DNA of 44,175 nt from a virus. Positions 1-8,965 of the stretch are shown piece by piece. Each line of letters begins with the position of its first letter. Position 1 is the stretch's first letter. The DNA lies in the IMG/VR virus record IMGVR_UViG_3300045988_062919; one strand, given 5' to 3'. The position numbers were made by a program, and so were the translations under genes. The notes beneath the pieces were generated by a model that saw only the letters and a program-made list of their open reading frames with translations, did no database searches and was not told the DNA's origin.

Positions 1-55
1 CGATATGCAGATGGGCTTGTCCCTAAAGGCTATCGAAGGACACTTGGGGTTATCT
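1..55. repeat. Terminal overlap: bases 1..55 are identical to 44121..44175 (circular closure or assembly overlap)
   Basis: Direct comparison of the first and last 55 nt. The polB reading frame is continuous across the junction. Confidence 0.95.
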
Positions 56-1483
56 GTTGAGGAGTCCACCGTACCTTTTGACATCGACAGGGCATTGACC
101 GAAGCGGAGCTGAAAGAAACTGCTAAGTATTGTATGCACGATGTTGACACTACAGAGCGGTTGGTGGAGCTTCGGAAGGATTACCTCAAGAACAAAATCC
201 ATATCGGAAAACTTGCAGGTCTGGACGATGTGAAAGCCATGGGCATGACAAACGCCAAGCTAACTGCGGCTCTGTTGAAAGCAACGAAGCAACCTCATGA
301 CGATGAACGCAAGTATGTGTACCCCGATCACCTCAAGCGTGAGTATATCCCGCAGGAAATCTTTGATTTCTTTGACAAGATGTATGACCCTGAGATTTCC
401 GACAAGGAGCTGTTTAGCGACAAGCAGACCTTTTCCATTGGGGAGTGTCCGGGTGTTGTGGGGTACGGCGGGATTCATGCCGCCATTCCCAATTACTTTT
501 TCGAGGAAACCGCAGACCGGGTTATCCGCAACAAAGATGTGGCGAGCTACTATCCCCACCTCATGACACTGTGCGGCTACACCTCCCGCAATATTCCTTC
601 GGCGCAGGTATTTGAAGATGTGCTGGAAACCAGAATGAAAGCCAAAGCAAGCGGCGATAAAGCCACCGCCAATGCGCTCAAGCTGGTTGTGAACACGACC
701 TATGGCGCACTGCTGAACAAGTACAACGACCTGTTTGACCCTCTGATGGGACGCTCTGTGTGTATCACCGGGCAGTTGTTTCTGCTGGAACTGGCTGAAC
801 ACCTCTACGCCGATATTCCGGGGCTGAAAATAGTCCAACTCAATACAGACGGTATCATGGTCGAGTGCGACCGGGCAGACCTTGGAAAACTGGACGAAAT
901 CTGTGACGAATGGCAACAGCGGACAGGATTTGAGCTGGAAGAAGATTCCGTTGTGAAGATTGCGCAGAAAGATGTAAACAACTACATCGAAGTTCAGCCA
1001 AGCGGAGAGGTCAAGGAAAAAGGCGGCTACCTTGTCAAAGGTATCTCCAATGTGGGCGCATGGAAAATCAACAATTCCTGCTGTATCGTGGCAACCGCCC
1101 TCCGGGAGTTTTTTGTCAACGGTACGCCAGTGGAGGACACCATCAACGGCTGTGACGATATTTTCCAGTTCCAGATTATTGCAAAAGCTGGTGTGAAGTA
1201 TCGTGAAGCATATCACCTTGTCGATGGTGAGCAAGTCCCGGTACAAAAAGTGAACCGAGTCTATGCTACGGCAGACGAGCGTTACGGGAAGCTGTTCAAG
1301 ATTAAGGCTGAGAACGATTCAACGGCGAAGATCGAAATGCTTCCTGACCGCTGTATCATCGACAATGACAATCACCTGACTATAGCCGATGTGGATAAGA
1401 CCTTTTACATCGAAATGGCAAAGAAACGGGTCAATGACTTTTTAGGCATAAAACCCGAAAAGAAAAAAGGAGGACGCAAAAAG
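2..1483 (+). CDS. Family B DNA polymerase, C-terminal part (continues from 43807..44175 across the circular junction). It has no stop codon of its own before erf.
   Basis: Motifs YCMHDVDTT (Exo III-like), DVASYYPHLM (motif A), KLVVNTTYGAL (motif B, KxxxNSxYG-like) and LNTDGI (motif C, DTD-like). The frame is shared with the N-terminal fragment at the window end. Confidence 0.8.
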
Positions 1484-2206
1484 ATGGCTACTACAGCTAA
1501 GAAAACCGAAACCGTTGCAATGAATGTGTATCAGAAATTGCTCACCGCAAGAGCGAAGTTCCTCGAAGCGGATGTGCAGAAGACAGGCAAAAATATGCAC
1601 CTGTCCTTCAAGTACTTTGAACTGGACGATATTGTCCCCACTGCGACTCGAATTTTTGGCGAGGTCGGTCTGATTCCTGTTGTAAACTTCACCTCTGGCA
1701 TTGCCACCATGACAATCGTGAACACCGACAATCCTTGGGAGGAAAGCATTAAGTTTGAAGCTCCCTTCAACCAGATCGCTCCCATCGTGAGCAACACCGG
1801 GAAACAGGCTACCAACGAAATGCAAGCCCTTGGCTCGTCTATCACCTATATGCGCCGTTACCTGTATATGATTGCTCTTGACATCTGTGAGAGCGACAGT
1901 TTTGACGCAAATGTGGGTAAGCCTGTGTCTGCTCCCGCCGCTGATAGTGCTCCGAAAGCTCCTGCCACTCCCCAACAGAGACAGGAAGTGAAAGCGGAAC
2001 TGACCGCTCCGACAGACAATGCCACCACCTTGCAGATTAAGGGTCTCAAGAGCGTCTTGAAGAAGCTCAAGGACGCTGACCCCACCAAGGAGGAAATGAT
2101 CGCTCAGATTGCGGTGCAGACCAAGGGCTTTACGGAAATCAGCAAATCTGATTGTGAGACCCTTATCACCAAAATCACCACCATGCTGGAAGGGAGTAAC
2201 AAATGA
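1484..2206 (+). CDS. erf: ERF-family single-strand annealing protein (recombinase)
   Basis: GGAGG at 1469..1473 and ATG at 1484. Sequence LSFKYFELDDIV...GSSITYMRRYLY resembles the ERF family. It is followed by a YqaJ-type exonuclease. It lies in the same frame as polB with no intervening stop. Confidence 0.75.
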   Translation: MATTAKKTETVAMNVYQKLLTARAKFLEADVQKTGKNMHLSFKYFELDDIVPTATRIFGEVGLIPVVNFTSGIATMTIVNTDNPWEESIKFEAPFNQIAPIVSNTGKQATNEMQALGSSITYMRRYLYMIALDICESDSFDANVGKPVSAPAADSAPKAPATPQQRQEVKAELTAPTDNATTLQIKGLKSVLKKLKDADPTKEEMIAQIAVQTKGFTEISKSDCETLITKITTMLEGSNK

Positions 2207-3228
2207 TGAAATGGCTTGACTCTAACCAGATTCAGATTACACCGCCGAAGCGTACCAAGAAAGTGACCGGCACACGCTTCGCCACCATTCTCGGTCTGAA
2301 CCCTTGGTCTACTCCTTTTGAAATGTGGTGCGCTATTACCAAGACCTATGAGAAGCCCTTCGAGGACACCATCTATACCGCCGCTGGTAAAGCCATCGAG
2401 CCGAAACAGGCCGAGTATATGAAAAAGTCCTACGGCATGGATTTGATTACCCCTACCGACCGTTACGGTGAGGATTACTTCAACAAGACTCGGGGTGATT
2501 TCTTCCCCGAAAATCCTCACTTTGGCGGTATGTGGGACTACCTCGGAGTGGACGAGGAGGGCAAGGTCGATACCGTCCTCGAAATGAAAACCACCAAGCG
2601 CATTGAGGATTGGCAGAATGACGCTCCCGAATACTACGCTCTACAGGCGGCTCTCTACGCATACTTGCTTGGAGTGGATAATGTAATCATGGTCGCTTCC
2701 TTCCTTGAGGAGAAGGACTACGCAGACCCCACCAAGTATGTTCCCAACATCAAGAATACCATTACGGTGGAGTTTAAGGTGTCTGAGCGTTACCCGGATT
2801 TTGCGAGAATGGTAGCCGAGGTAGGGTCTTGGTGGGGTGAGTATGTGGCTGGCGGTATTTCCCCAGTCTATGACGAGAAGAAGGACGCTGAGATTTTGGC
2901 GGCTCTGCGTACTCACAATCTCACCCCTGACACCGACATCAACGCTCTTATTAAGGAAGCGGAAGGACTCAAGGCAGAGGTGGACAAAGCCACTTCCGCA
3001 ATCGCTGACAAGGAGAAGCGTCTGAAAGAGGTCAACGACATCATCAAGGAACACGCTATAAAGCAGTTCCGGGACGGTGACAAAAAGGTGGAGATCAAGG
3101 GGTCTGCCTACACATGGACAGTCTCTCGCTCCGAAACCACTACGATAGACAAAAAGGCACTGGAAGCTGACGGTCTGCTTGAGAAGTATCAGAAAAAATC
3201 TGAGCAGTACCGCATGACTGTGAAATAA
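2203..3228 (+). CDS. YqaJ/lambda-Exo-like recombination exonuclease (PD-(D/E)xK) with a C-terminal coiled-coil extension
   Basis: N-terminus TGTRFATILGLNPWSTPFEMW and LEMKTTK (ExK) are typical of YqaJ viral recombinase exonucleases. ATGA start/stop overlap with erf. Confidence 0.75.
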   Translation: MMKWLDSNQIQITPPKRTKKVTGTRFATILGLNPWSTPFEMWCAITKTYEKPFEDTIYTAAGKAIEPKQAEYMKKSYGMDLITPTDRYGEDYFNKTRGDFFPENPHFGGMWDYLGVDEEGKVDTVLEMKTTKRIEDWQNDAPEYYALQAALYAYLLGVDNVIMVASFLEEKDYADPTKYVPNIKNTITVEFKVSERYPDFARMVAEVGSWWGEYVAGGISPVYDEKKDAEILAALRTHNLTPDTDINALIKEAEGLKAEVDKATSAIADKEKRLKEVNDIIKEHAIKQFRDGDKKVEIKGSAYTWTVSRSETTTIDKKALEADGLLEKYQKKSEQYRMTVK

Positions 3229-3242
3229 GGAGGATTTTCACC

Positions 3243-3719
3243 ATGAAATTTCAGAAATTTGTAAAGGCTCTTGGTTCTGACGGTATCGTCTACAATCGCA
3301 AGAACGGCGAACGCTAGCTCGCTTCCGACAAGGTGTTTATGAAAATCCCGGAGGATATTCGTAGCGTCACCTGCACCGAGGTTGCCGATATGCCCGAATT
3401 TGTAGAGAACATCATCAATTACGACAGCTTCACCGACCCCTGTGACCTCCACAAGGCTGTCATGCCGTATGCCGATGGCGTTATCAAGGATTGCGTTCGT
3501 ATCTACGCTACGGAGGGCGCACAGAACAAGGTCGCAATCGACAATAGTGCCTACGCCCTCATTGAGCGAAAAGACATCGTGGAAATGTTTGTCAAGCACA
3601 ACGCTGAGAAGGAAACCAGCGAGGGCAAGGCTCTGGTTATCAAGCGTCCTGCGAAGTTCTCCTCTGCCGAGAACGAAGAAGCACTTGGTCTGATTTTCCC
3701 GACCGATTACGAGGAATAA
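3243..3719 (+). CDS. Hypothetical protein interrupted by an in-frame TAG at 3315..3317
   Basis: GGAGG at 3229..3233 lies 9 nt upstream of ATG 3243. ORF 3333..3719 is in the same frame and has no RBS of its own. Confidence 0.5.
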
Positions 3720-3729
3720 GGAGGACGCT

Positions 3730-3831
3730 ATGTATATTGACCCTTTCGTTGCCGGTGTAATCACCACCATTCTGGTGGAACTGATGTTGATTGTCGGCCA
3801 CGCCATGTATGTGAGTTCTAAGAAGAAATAA
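3730..3831 (+). CDS. Small hydrophobic peptide (33 aa)
   Basis: GGAGG upstream of ATG 3730. Sequence MYIDPFVAGVITTILVELMLIVGHAMYVSSKKK has one predicted TM segment. Confidence 0.4.
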   Translation: MYIDPFVAGVITTILVELMLIVGHAMYVSSKKK

Positions 3832-3845
3832 GGAGGATAAAGACA

Positions 3846-4082
3846 ATGACAAGCAAAACCAAAGCTCAGTTGGAGCAGGAAATTAAAAACAGCCGTGAGC
3901 AGATCGAGTGTCTGAAATTAGAGCTGGAAAAGGCAAACCGTGTTGAAACGAAGGACGATGCCGCACAAGAACTTTATGAGGTGTATGAAGCCTATACAAA
4001 AGCCGGTTTCACTGAGGAACAGGCTTGGGAGCTTACGAAAATCATTGTGAACAATGGCACGACAAAGCGTGGCCTGTTTTAA
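3846..4082 (+). CDS. Hypothetical coiled-coil protein
   Basis: GGAGG RBS and tight packing with neighbouring genes. Confidence 0.6.
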   Translation: MTSKTKAQLEQEIKNSREQIECLKLELEKANRVETKDDAAQELYEVYEAYTKAGFTEEQAWELTKIIVNNGTTKRGLF

Positions 4083-4096
4083 GGAGGATAAAGACA

Positions 4097-4630
4097 ATGG
4101 CAAGAATCCCTATGACAAGCGGGTTTACTCTCATTCCCGAAGGAACCTATGTGTTCCGAGTATATGGTGCGACCTATGACGAGGAGTTTGGCAAGATCGA
4201 GGTAATGCTGGTGAACGCCGCTGGTATGACCCACACCGAGCGTTTTTCCATCAAAGACAAGAATGACGAGCTGAATGAAAAGGCTCTGAACGCTTTCTCC
4301 TACTTTGCCAAAACGGTAATGGGTGATTACACCTTGGAGGACATTGACCCCTCTGAGCTTATCGACCACTTCATCTGCGCCGAGGTCGTTCACACTAAGC
4401 TCCCGTCCAACAAAGACCCCAACAAGATGGTTACTTTCGCCAATTTTGGTGACAAGTCCCCGGCAGAATACTTCGACACTGAGCCTGTCGCTCGTGCTCT
4501 GACGCTTGGCAAAGAGGGGGCTACTGCTCCTGTTACCCCTAAAGCCACTGCCGCTCCTACCCCCTCTCCCACTCCTGCGGCGCAACCCGCAAAGGGGCTT
4601 GACCTTGACGCACTGCTCGGCGGTCTGTAA
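4097..4630 (+). CDS. Hypothetical protein, DUF669-like (recombination-module associated)
   Basis: AAGGAGG lies 8 nt upstream of ATG 4097. N-terminus FTLIPEGTYVFRV resembles DUF669 phage proteins. Low-complexity P/A/T tail. Confidence 0.55.
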   Translation: MARIPMTSGFTLIPEGTYVFRVYGATYDEEFGKIEVMLVNAAGMTHTERFSIKDKNDELNEKALNAFSYFAKTVMGDYTLEDIDPSELIDHFICAEVVHTKLPSNKDPNKMVTFANFGDKSPAEYFDTEPVARALTLGKEGATAPVTPKATAAPTPSPTPAAQPAKGLDLDALLGGL

Positions 4631-4632
4631 GC

Positions 4633-4833
4633 GTGGGCATAAAGTGTTGCAAAGATTGTATAGCACCTAAACGCCATGCGGGTTGTCATGCCACTTGCGC
4701 CGAATACCTCTCCGAGAAGAAAGCACACGATGAACTCAGGGAGAAAGAGCGCAAGTGGCGTGAAGCCGCAAATAGTTTGTATGCGCAAAGGTCAAAAGGT
4801 GTTCAGAGGGCTTTGCGGAGCAGGAGGAAATGA
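4633..4833 (+). CDS. Small Cys-rich protein
   Basis: GTG start directly after the preceding stop. Sequence CCKDC...HAGCHATC. Confidence 0.5.
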   Translation: MGIKCCKDCIAPKRHAGCHATCAEYLSEKKAHDELREKERKWREAANSLYAQRSKGVQRALRSRRK

Positions 4834-4834
4834 A

Positions 4835-5122
4835 ATGGAGATTGCTAAGGACGATAAAGGGAAAGCCAAGCTGTCCCTTGTCCCTGTTCAAATTATCCGT
4901 GATATTGCGGTTGTCCGGGAGTATGGAACGGAAAAATACCATGACCCGGATAATTGGAGGAAAGTCGAACTGCAACGGTATGTAGACGCTTTTTACCGCC
5001 ACTGGCTTTCCTTCATTGAAGATCACCGCTCAAAGGACGCTGAGAGCGGTATCGAACATTACAAGTACATGGCCTGTAATATGGCGTTTATCTGTGAACT
5101 GATGAAGGAGGGAGACCAATGA
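4835..5122 (+). CDS. DUF5664 / dATP-dGTP diphosphohydrolase N-terminal-like protein
   Basis: The pattern KGKAKLSLVP...REYGTEKY..NWRK...YRHW...ESGIEHY matches my recollection of this phage family. GGAGG RBS. Confidence 0.55.
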   Translation: MEIAKDDKGKAKLSLVPVQIIRDIAVVREYGTEKYHDPDNWRKVELQRYVDAFYRHWLSFIEDHRSKDAESGIEHYKYMACNMAFICELMKEGDQ

Positions 5123-5691
5123 CAGAACGGGAAAGATTGCAGTTATTTGAAGCCGCTGGTTTTGACAAGATTATCTCTCAGGACTTCAAAACCTATCTGC
5201 TGGCGAATGGGTTCTTTCGCTCCCCGGCAAGCACAAAATACCATGGAGCCTACGAGGGAGGGCTGTTCGACCATTCTCTGATGGTGATGAACTCTCTGGT
5301 AGACCTGTCTGCGAAGAATGGTCTGAAATGGCAGAGAGCCGAAAGCCCCTTCATCGTAGGTATGTTCCATGACCTGTGTAAAATCGACCAGTACCGCCAC
5401 CCGGTTAAAGAAACCATTGCAGATTGGTATGGGGAGTGTCCTGTCTATGACGAACAGGCGTGGGAATACAACCCCGACACTGCTATCAAAGGACATGGTG
5501 ACAAGTCGGTCATTCTTCTCTCTCAGTACATGACGCTGACCGAGGAGGAAGTCATGTGCGTTCTTTATCACATGGGTGCTTTCACCGACCGGGAACATTG
5601 GCGTGAGTTCACCAACACTGTACAGAGATTCCCGAATGTGCTCTGGACGCACCATGCGGATATGATCGCTTCCCATGTGGTAGGTGTCTGA
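5119..5691 (+). CDS. HD-domain phosphohydrolase
   Basis: STKYHGAYEGGLFDHS ... FHDLCK ... GHGDKS (H..HD..D pattern). ATGA overlap with the upstream gene. Confidence 0.75.
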   Translation: MTERERLQLFEAAGFDKIISQDFKTYLLANGFFRSPASTKYHGAYEGGLFDHSLMVMNSLVDLSAKNGLKWQRAESPFIVGMFHDLCKIDQYRHPVKETIADWYGECPVYDEQAWEYNPDTAIKGHGDKSVILLSQYMTLTEEEVMCVLYHMGAFTDREHWREFTNTVQRFPNVLWTHHADMIASHVVGV

Positions 5692-5692
5692 T

Positions 5693-6028
5693 ATGCCGGT
5701 TTTCAAAAGAAACAGGGGTCACATCTTCGGAGTACAGTTCAGCGCAAAGGAACAGAAAGCCATAGACGCTGAAATTCTTCGCCAATGCGCCGAGTTCGAT
5801 AAAAAGAATGAGCATGAAATGGACGCTCTGATTTTATGGCTACTCCATGAAAAGTTCGGTTTTGGGAAGAAACGCTTACGGGCTTTTTATGACAGCTTTT
5901 CCACCGAACTGGACGCTCTTGTGAAACGGTATGAAATGGGTGACGAGGACAAAGCGTGGCTGTGCGCTTACAAATTAAAACAATACGGTATTGATATTGC
6001 CGAATGGAATGAGGAGGTCAGAGAATGA
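5693..6028 (+). CDS. Hypothetical protein
   Basis: ORF in an operon context. ATG 5693 lies 2 nt after the preceding stop. Confidence 0.55.
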   Translation: MPVFKRNRGHIFGVQFSAKEQKAIDAEILRQCAEFDKKNEHEMDALILWLLHEKFGFGKKRLRAFYDSFSTELDALVKRYEMGDEDKAWLCAYKLKQYGIDIAEWNEEVRE

Positions 6029-6255
6029 ACTACAGGCTGAAAAATACGAACGGAAAGGTGACTTTCCTGCTTCGCACTGGAAAAGACTTGGTGAAAAACC
6101 AGATGGCGATTGCGTCTGCCCAGCACATCATCAACCATGGGAAGCTGATGAAATCGGATGTCAGCGGCTACCCCATCAACATCGACAACAAATGGTACTT
6201 TGAGGGCGAGGTTTCCAAGAGGACAGCTCCCCGCAAAGCGGAGGGTGAAGAATGA
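6025..6255 (+). CDS. Hypothetical protein
   Basis: GGAGG RBS and ATGA overlap. Confidence 0.55.
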   Translation: MNYRLKNTNGKVTFLLRTGKDLVKNQMAIASAQHIINHGKLMKSDVSGYPINIDNKWYFEGEVSKRTAPRKAEGEE

Positions 6256-6545
6256 GGACATACTATTCTGACTATATCCAGCACTGCATGAGATTCTATG
6301 CCAGACACCCCAACCCGAAGTTTCGTTCTGACGCTGATAAGCAGAACTGGTATGCCTGTGAACACGCTCTAAAGGGTTTCACTGACGCTGACAGGGACAT
6401 TCTGCTGTTTATTTACCGGGAGGGTGATACCATTCCCGATAATGTTTACAGGGTGTCTGTGCAGAAAAACATCAAGCGGGACAAGATTTGGGCTTTGGTA
6501 AACGAGTTGGAGCACAAAATTGCAAAAAGGAGGAGCCTGATTTGA
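6252..6545 (+). CDS. Hypothetical protein, possibly a small sigma-region-4-like or late transcription regulator
   Basis: GGAGGG RBS. The functional guess rests only on a weak resemblance to small phage regulator families. Confidence 0.45.
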   Translation: MRTYYSDYIQHCMRFYARHPNPKFRSDADKQNWYACEHALKGFTDADRDILLFIYREGDTIPDNVYRVSVQKNIKRDKIWALVNELEHKIAKRRSLI

Positions 6546-7330
6546 CACGATACGAGAACATACCCGAAGAATTGAAAAGGTTGAATCAATGGGTCTGTAC
6601 TCGCAGTGACAGCAAGGTTCCGATGAAAGCATTTGAGCGAGAAGCCGCTTCCTCCACCAATCCAGAAACATGGTCTTCCTTCGACACGGCTCTCAAGGCT
6701 GTGTCGGAGGGACACTATGATTACTGTGGGTTCGTCTTCAACGACAATGGCTATGTGGGGATTGATATAGACGATGGCTACGATCAAGACGGTTTCCTGT
6801 CCCCGCTGGCGGCTGAAATTATAGGGTTGTGTGAGAGCTACACCGAGAAGTCCAAGAGCGGCAGGGGCTTTCACATTCTACTTAAAGGGACACTCCCTTT
6901 TAAGGGAAAAAACAACCTCGCAGGAGTGGAGATTTACAAGGCGGCTCGGTACTTCATCATGACTGGCGATACACTCTTATACGACACCATTGAAGAAGAC
7001 CAAGGTGCGATTGACTATGTGGTAGAGAAGTTCTTTCCCGAAACCAGAGAGGAAAAAGACGGGGAGCGGTACGGAGGTCGGATTTATTCACCGATATGGG
7101 CATGGCCTGAGAACAACCGAATCAAACTTCGTCCCGTTTATCCCCGGATTCCAGACGGGAGCAGGAACATCTGTCTGACCTCGCTGGCGGGTATGCTACA
7201 CAATCTGGGTTACAGCAAGCAACAGATTTACGATGAACTTCTGTATGCGAACATGGTAGCCTGTGACCCACCCCTTGACCGAAATGAGATTAGAACTATC
7301 TGCAACAGTGTCACCAGATACAAAAGATAG
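6542..7330 (+). CDS. Bifunctional primase-polymerase (prim-pol) with a PriCT-1-like C-terminal domain
   Basis: GIDIDDGYD ... SGRGFHILLKG ... GVEIYKAARYF, and C-terminal NICLTSLAGMLHNLGYS...EIRTICNSVTRY. TTG start 6542 lies 7 nt after AGGAGG. The gene ends in TAG. Confidence 0.7.
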   Translation: MTRYENIPEELKRLNQWVCTRSDSKVPMKAFEREAASSTNPETWSSFDTALKAVSEGHYDYCGFVFNDNGYVGIDIDDGYDQDGFLSPLAAEIIGLCESYTEKSKSGRGFHILLKGTLPFKGKNNLAGVEIYKAARYFIMTGDTLLYDTIEEDQGAIDYVVEKFFPETREEKDGERYGGRIYSPIWAWPENNRIKLRPVYPRIPDGSRNICLTSLAGMLHNLGYSKQQIYDELLYANMVACDPPLDRNEIRTICNSVTRYKR

Positions 7331-7369
7331 GATATAACACAAAAAAGATAAAAATTATTCCCGCAAGGG

Positions 7370-7398
7370 TTGACAATCAATCTTTTTCGTGTTATTAT
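7370..7398 (+). promoter_or_regulatory. Sigma-70-type promoter (TTGACA, 17 nt spacer, TATTAT) driving the mazF-like/dam/thyX block
   Basis: TTGACA at 7370..7375 and TATTAT at 7393..7398, within a 119-nt intergenic gap. Confidence 0.6.
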
Positions 7399-7449
7399 CT
7401 AATCATAAAAGGACAATAGATTGTCTTAATTAGATTGGGAGGTAATTTT

Positions 7450-7917
7450 ATGGTTCAAGAATATTGCCGGGGAGACATTTTCTTCATCACAGAAGGTACA
7501 CACACTGGCTCGGAGCAGAGCGGCGGCAGACCCGGTGTTATCGTCTCGAACGATCTCGGCAACAAGCACTCGCCCAATGTAGAAGTTGTATTCCTCACCT
7601 CACGAGAAAAGAAGCCCATGCCGACCCATGTGGAGGTGCTGTGCAAAGTTCCGTCTACTGCTCTCTGTGAGAACATTCAGACGGTCTCAAAAGAGCGGCT
7701 GGGCACTTTCATCCGCTCCTGCACTACGAGCGAAATGAAGAATATCGACCATGCGCTCCTATGTTCGCTCGGTCTTCACGCTCCTGCGGCTGTCGGGGGG
7801 GGGACTCAGGTTTCCACTTCTCCTTCGACAGAGGTTTCAAAGGCCGAAATCGAGCGGGATTTGTTCAAGAGTCTGTATGAACAGCTTTCAGACAAAGTGA
7901 TGGTGAGTAAACCTTGA
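7450..7917 (+). CDS. MazF/PemK (EndoA-like) endoribonuclease toxin domain with a ~45-aa C-terminal extension. No adjacent antitoxin ORF.
   Basis: RGDIFF...GSEQSGGRPGVIVSNDLGNKHSPNVEVVFLTS...PTHVEV...ENIQTVSKERL closely follows the MazF/EndoA pattern. GGGAGG RBS. Confidence 0.75.
   Translation: MVQEYCRGDIFFITEGTHTGSEQSGGRPGVIVSNDLGNKHSPNVEVVFLTSREKKPMPTHVEVLCKVPSTALCENIQTVSKERLGTFIRSCTTSEMKNIDHALLCSLGLHAPAAVGGGTQVSTSPSTEVSKAEIERDLFKSLYEQLSDKVMVSKP
7795..7803 (+). repeat. G9 homopolymer inside the C-terminal extension of the mazF-like gene
   Basis: Counted directly (encodes GGG in AAVGGGTQ). Confidence 0.9.
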
Positions 7918-8379
7918 ACACTGATGTAATGTTTAGTAGCAAAACCGATGATTGGGCAACACCACAAGATTTCTTTGATAAATTGGATTTTGAATTTCAG
8001 TTCACCCTCGACCCATGCGCCGATCTTCATAACCACAAGTGCGCTCGGTATTACAACCGGGAGCAGGACGGTCTAATTCATGATTGGGGGGGAACGAGTA
8101 TTCTGCAATCCCCCATACGGAAAAGAAATCGCAAAATGGGTTCAAAAATCTTTTGAGGAAAGTCGTAAGAAAAACACGCTCGTGGTTATGCTCATTCCAG
8201 CAAGAACTGACACAAAGTATTTTCACGACTTCATATACGGGAAGGCCGAGATAAGATTCATTCGTGGGCGGTTAAAGTTTGGAAATGCGAAAACCGCCGC
8301 TCCTTTCCCCTCCATGGTCGTGATATTCAGAAATGAGGAGGATTCCAATGACAGTAACACTCATACAGGCAACGCCTGA
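7914..8379 (+). pseudogene. Phage Dam-family DNA N6-adenine methyltransferase, split by a frameshift at a G7 tract (8086..8092)
   Basis: ORF 7914..8156 carries DDWATPQDFFDKLDFEFQFTLDPCA...LIHDWGG. ORF 8080..8379, in the +1 frame, carries RVFCNPPYG...MLIPARTDTKYFH. Removing one G gives a continuous HDWGERVFCNPPYG. Confidence 0.8.
8086..8092 (+). repeat. G7 homopolymer at the dam frame break
   Basis: Counted directly. Confidence 0.9.
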
Positions 8380-8962
8380 CCCCATCGAAACCATTGCGAA
8401 AATCGCAAGTATCTGCTATGACAGCGACCCCAAGAACCCGCTCGGACTGGTGAAACACCTGTACCGCAATGGACATCACAGTGTCTTTGAACACATCTAT
8501 TTTACCTTCAAAATCGAGGGTATCTCTCGTGCCTGTTCTCACCAGCTCGTGCGGCACCGGCACTGTAGTTTCACTCAGAGGTCTCAGAGGTACTGTTCCG
8601 AGGACGGTTTCAAAGTCGTGTGTCCCGGCACTGTCGTTGCCATGGGTGGGCAGTATGACTACGGAACCGTAGTGAATCGTATCTCAGAGTTTTACGAAGA
8701 AGCTCAACAGGTCGGTATTCCCAACGAGGACGCAAGGTACATTCTCCCCAACGCCTGTGAGACCTCGATGTATCTCTCCTGCAACTTGAGAGAGCTTATT
8801 CACATGGCGAATGAGCGGCTGTGCATGAGAGCACAGTGGGAAATCCGGGAGCTGGTACAACAGATGGTCTACTGTGTGAACGCTGACCTGTGGTTTATGT
8901 TGGTTCCCAAGTGCAAGAGCGGTCGTATCATCTGCAATGACCCCTGCGGTATGGAGGTGTGA
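8348..8962 (+). CDS. thyX: FAD-dependent thymidylate synthase ThyX
   Basis: ThyX signature RHRHCSFTQRSQRY (RHRxxSxxxxSQRY), plus HHSVFEH. GGAGG RBS. Confidence 0.9.
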   Translation: MTVTLIQATPDPIETIAKIASICYDSDPKNPLGLVKHLYRNGHHSVFEHIYFTFKIEGISRACSHQLVRHRHCSFTQRSQRYCSEDGFKVVCPGTVVAMGGQYDYGTVVNRISEFYEEAQQVGIPNEDARYILPNACETSMYLSCNLRELIHMANERLCMRAQWEIRELVQQMVYCVNADLWFMLVPKCKSGRIICNDPCGMEV

Positions 8963-8965
8963 CGC

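Noticed and set aside
1-55. The terminal 55-bp repeat as a biological direct terminal repeat or cos site
   Set aside because: It falls in the middle of the polB coding sequence and has the length of a common assembler k-mer. An assembly overlap of a circular path is the more likely explanation.
260-1246. Long minus-strand ORFs antisense to polB (260..1246), terL (16955..17893), portal (18668..19759), tape measure (25294..26907), tail genes (29272..30291, 32320..33882) and the endolysin (37055..37969), plus the plus-strand ORF 38778..39527 antisense to the integrase
   Set aside because: They lack an RBS, have no recognisable motifs, and each lies entirely inside a well-supported gene on the opposite strand. 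They are shadow ORFs typical of roughly 50% GC DNA.
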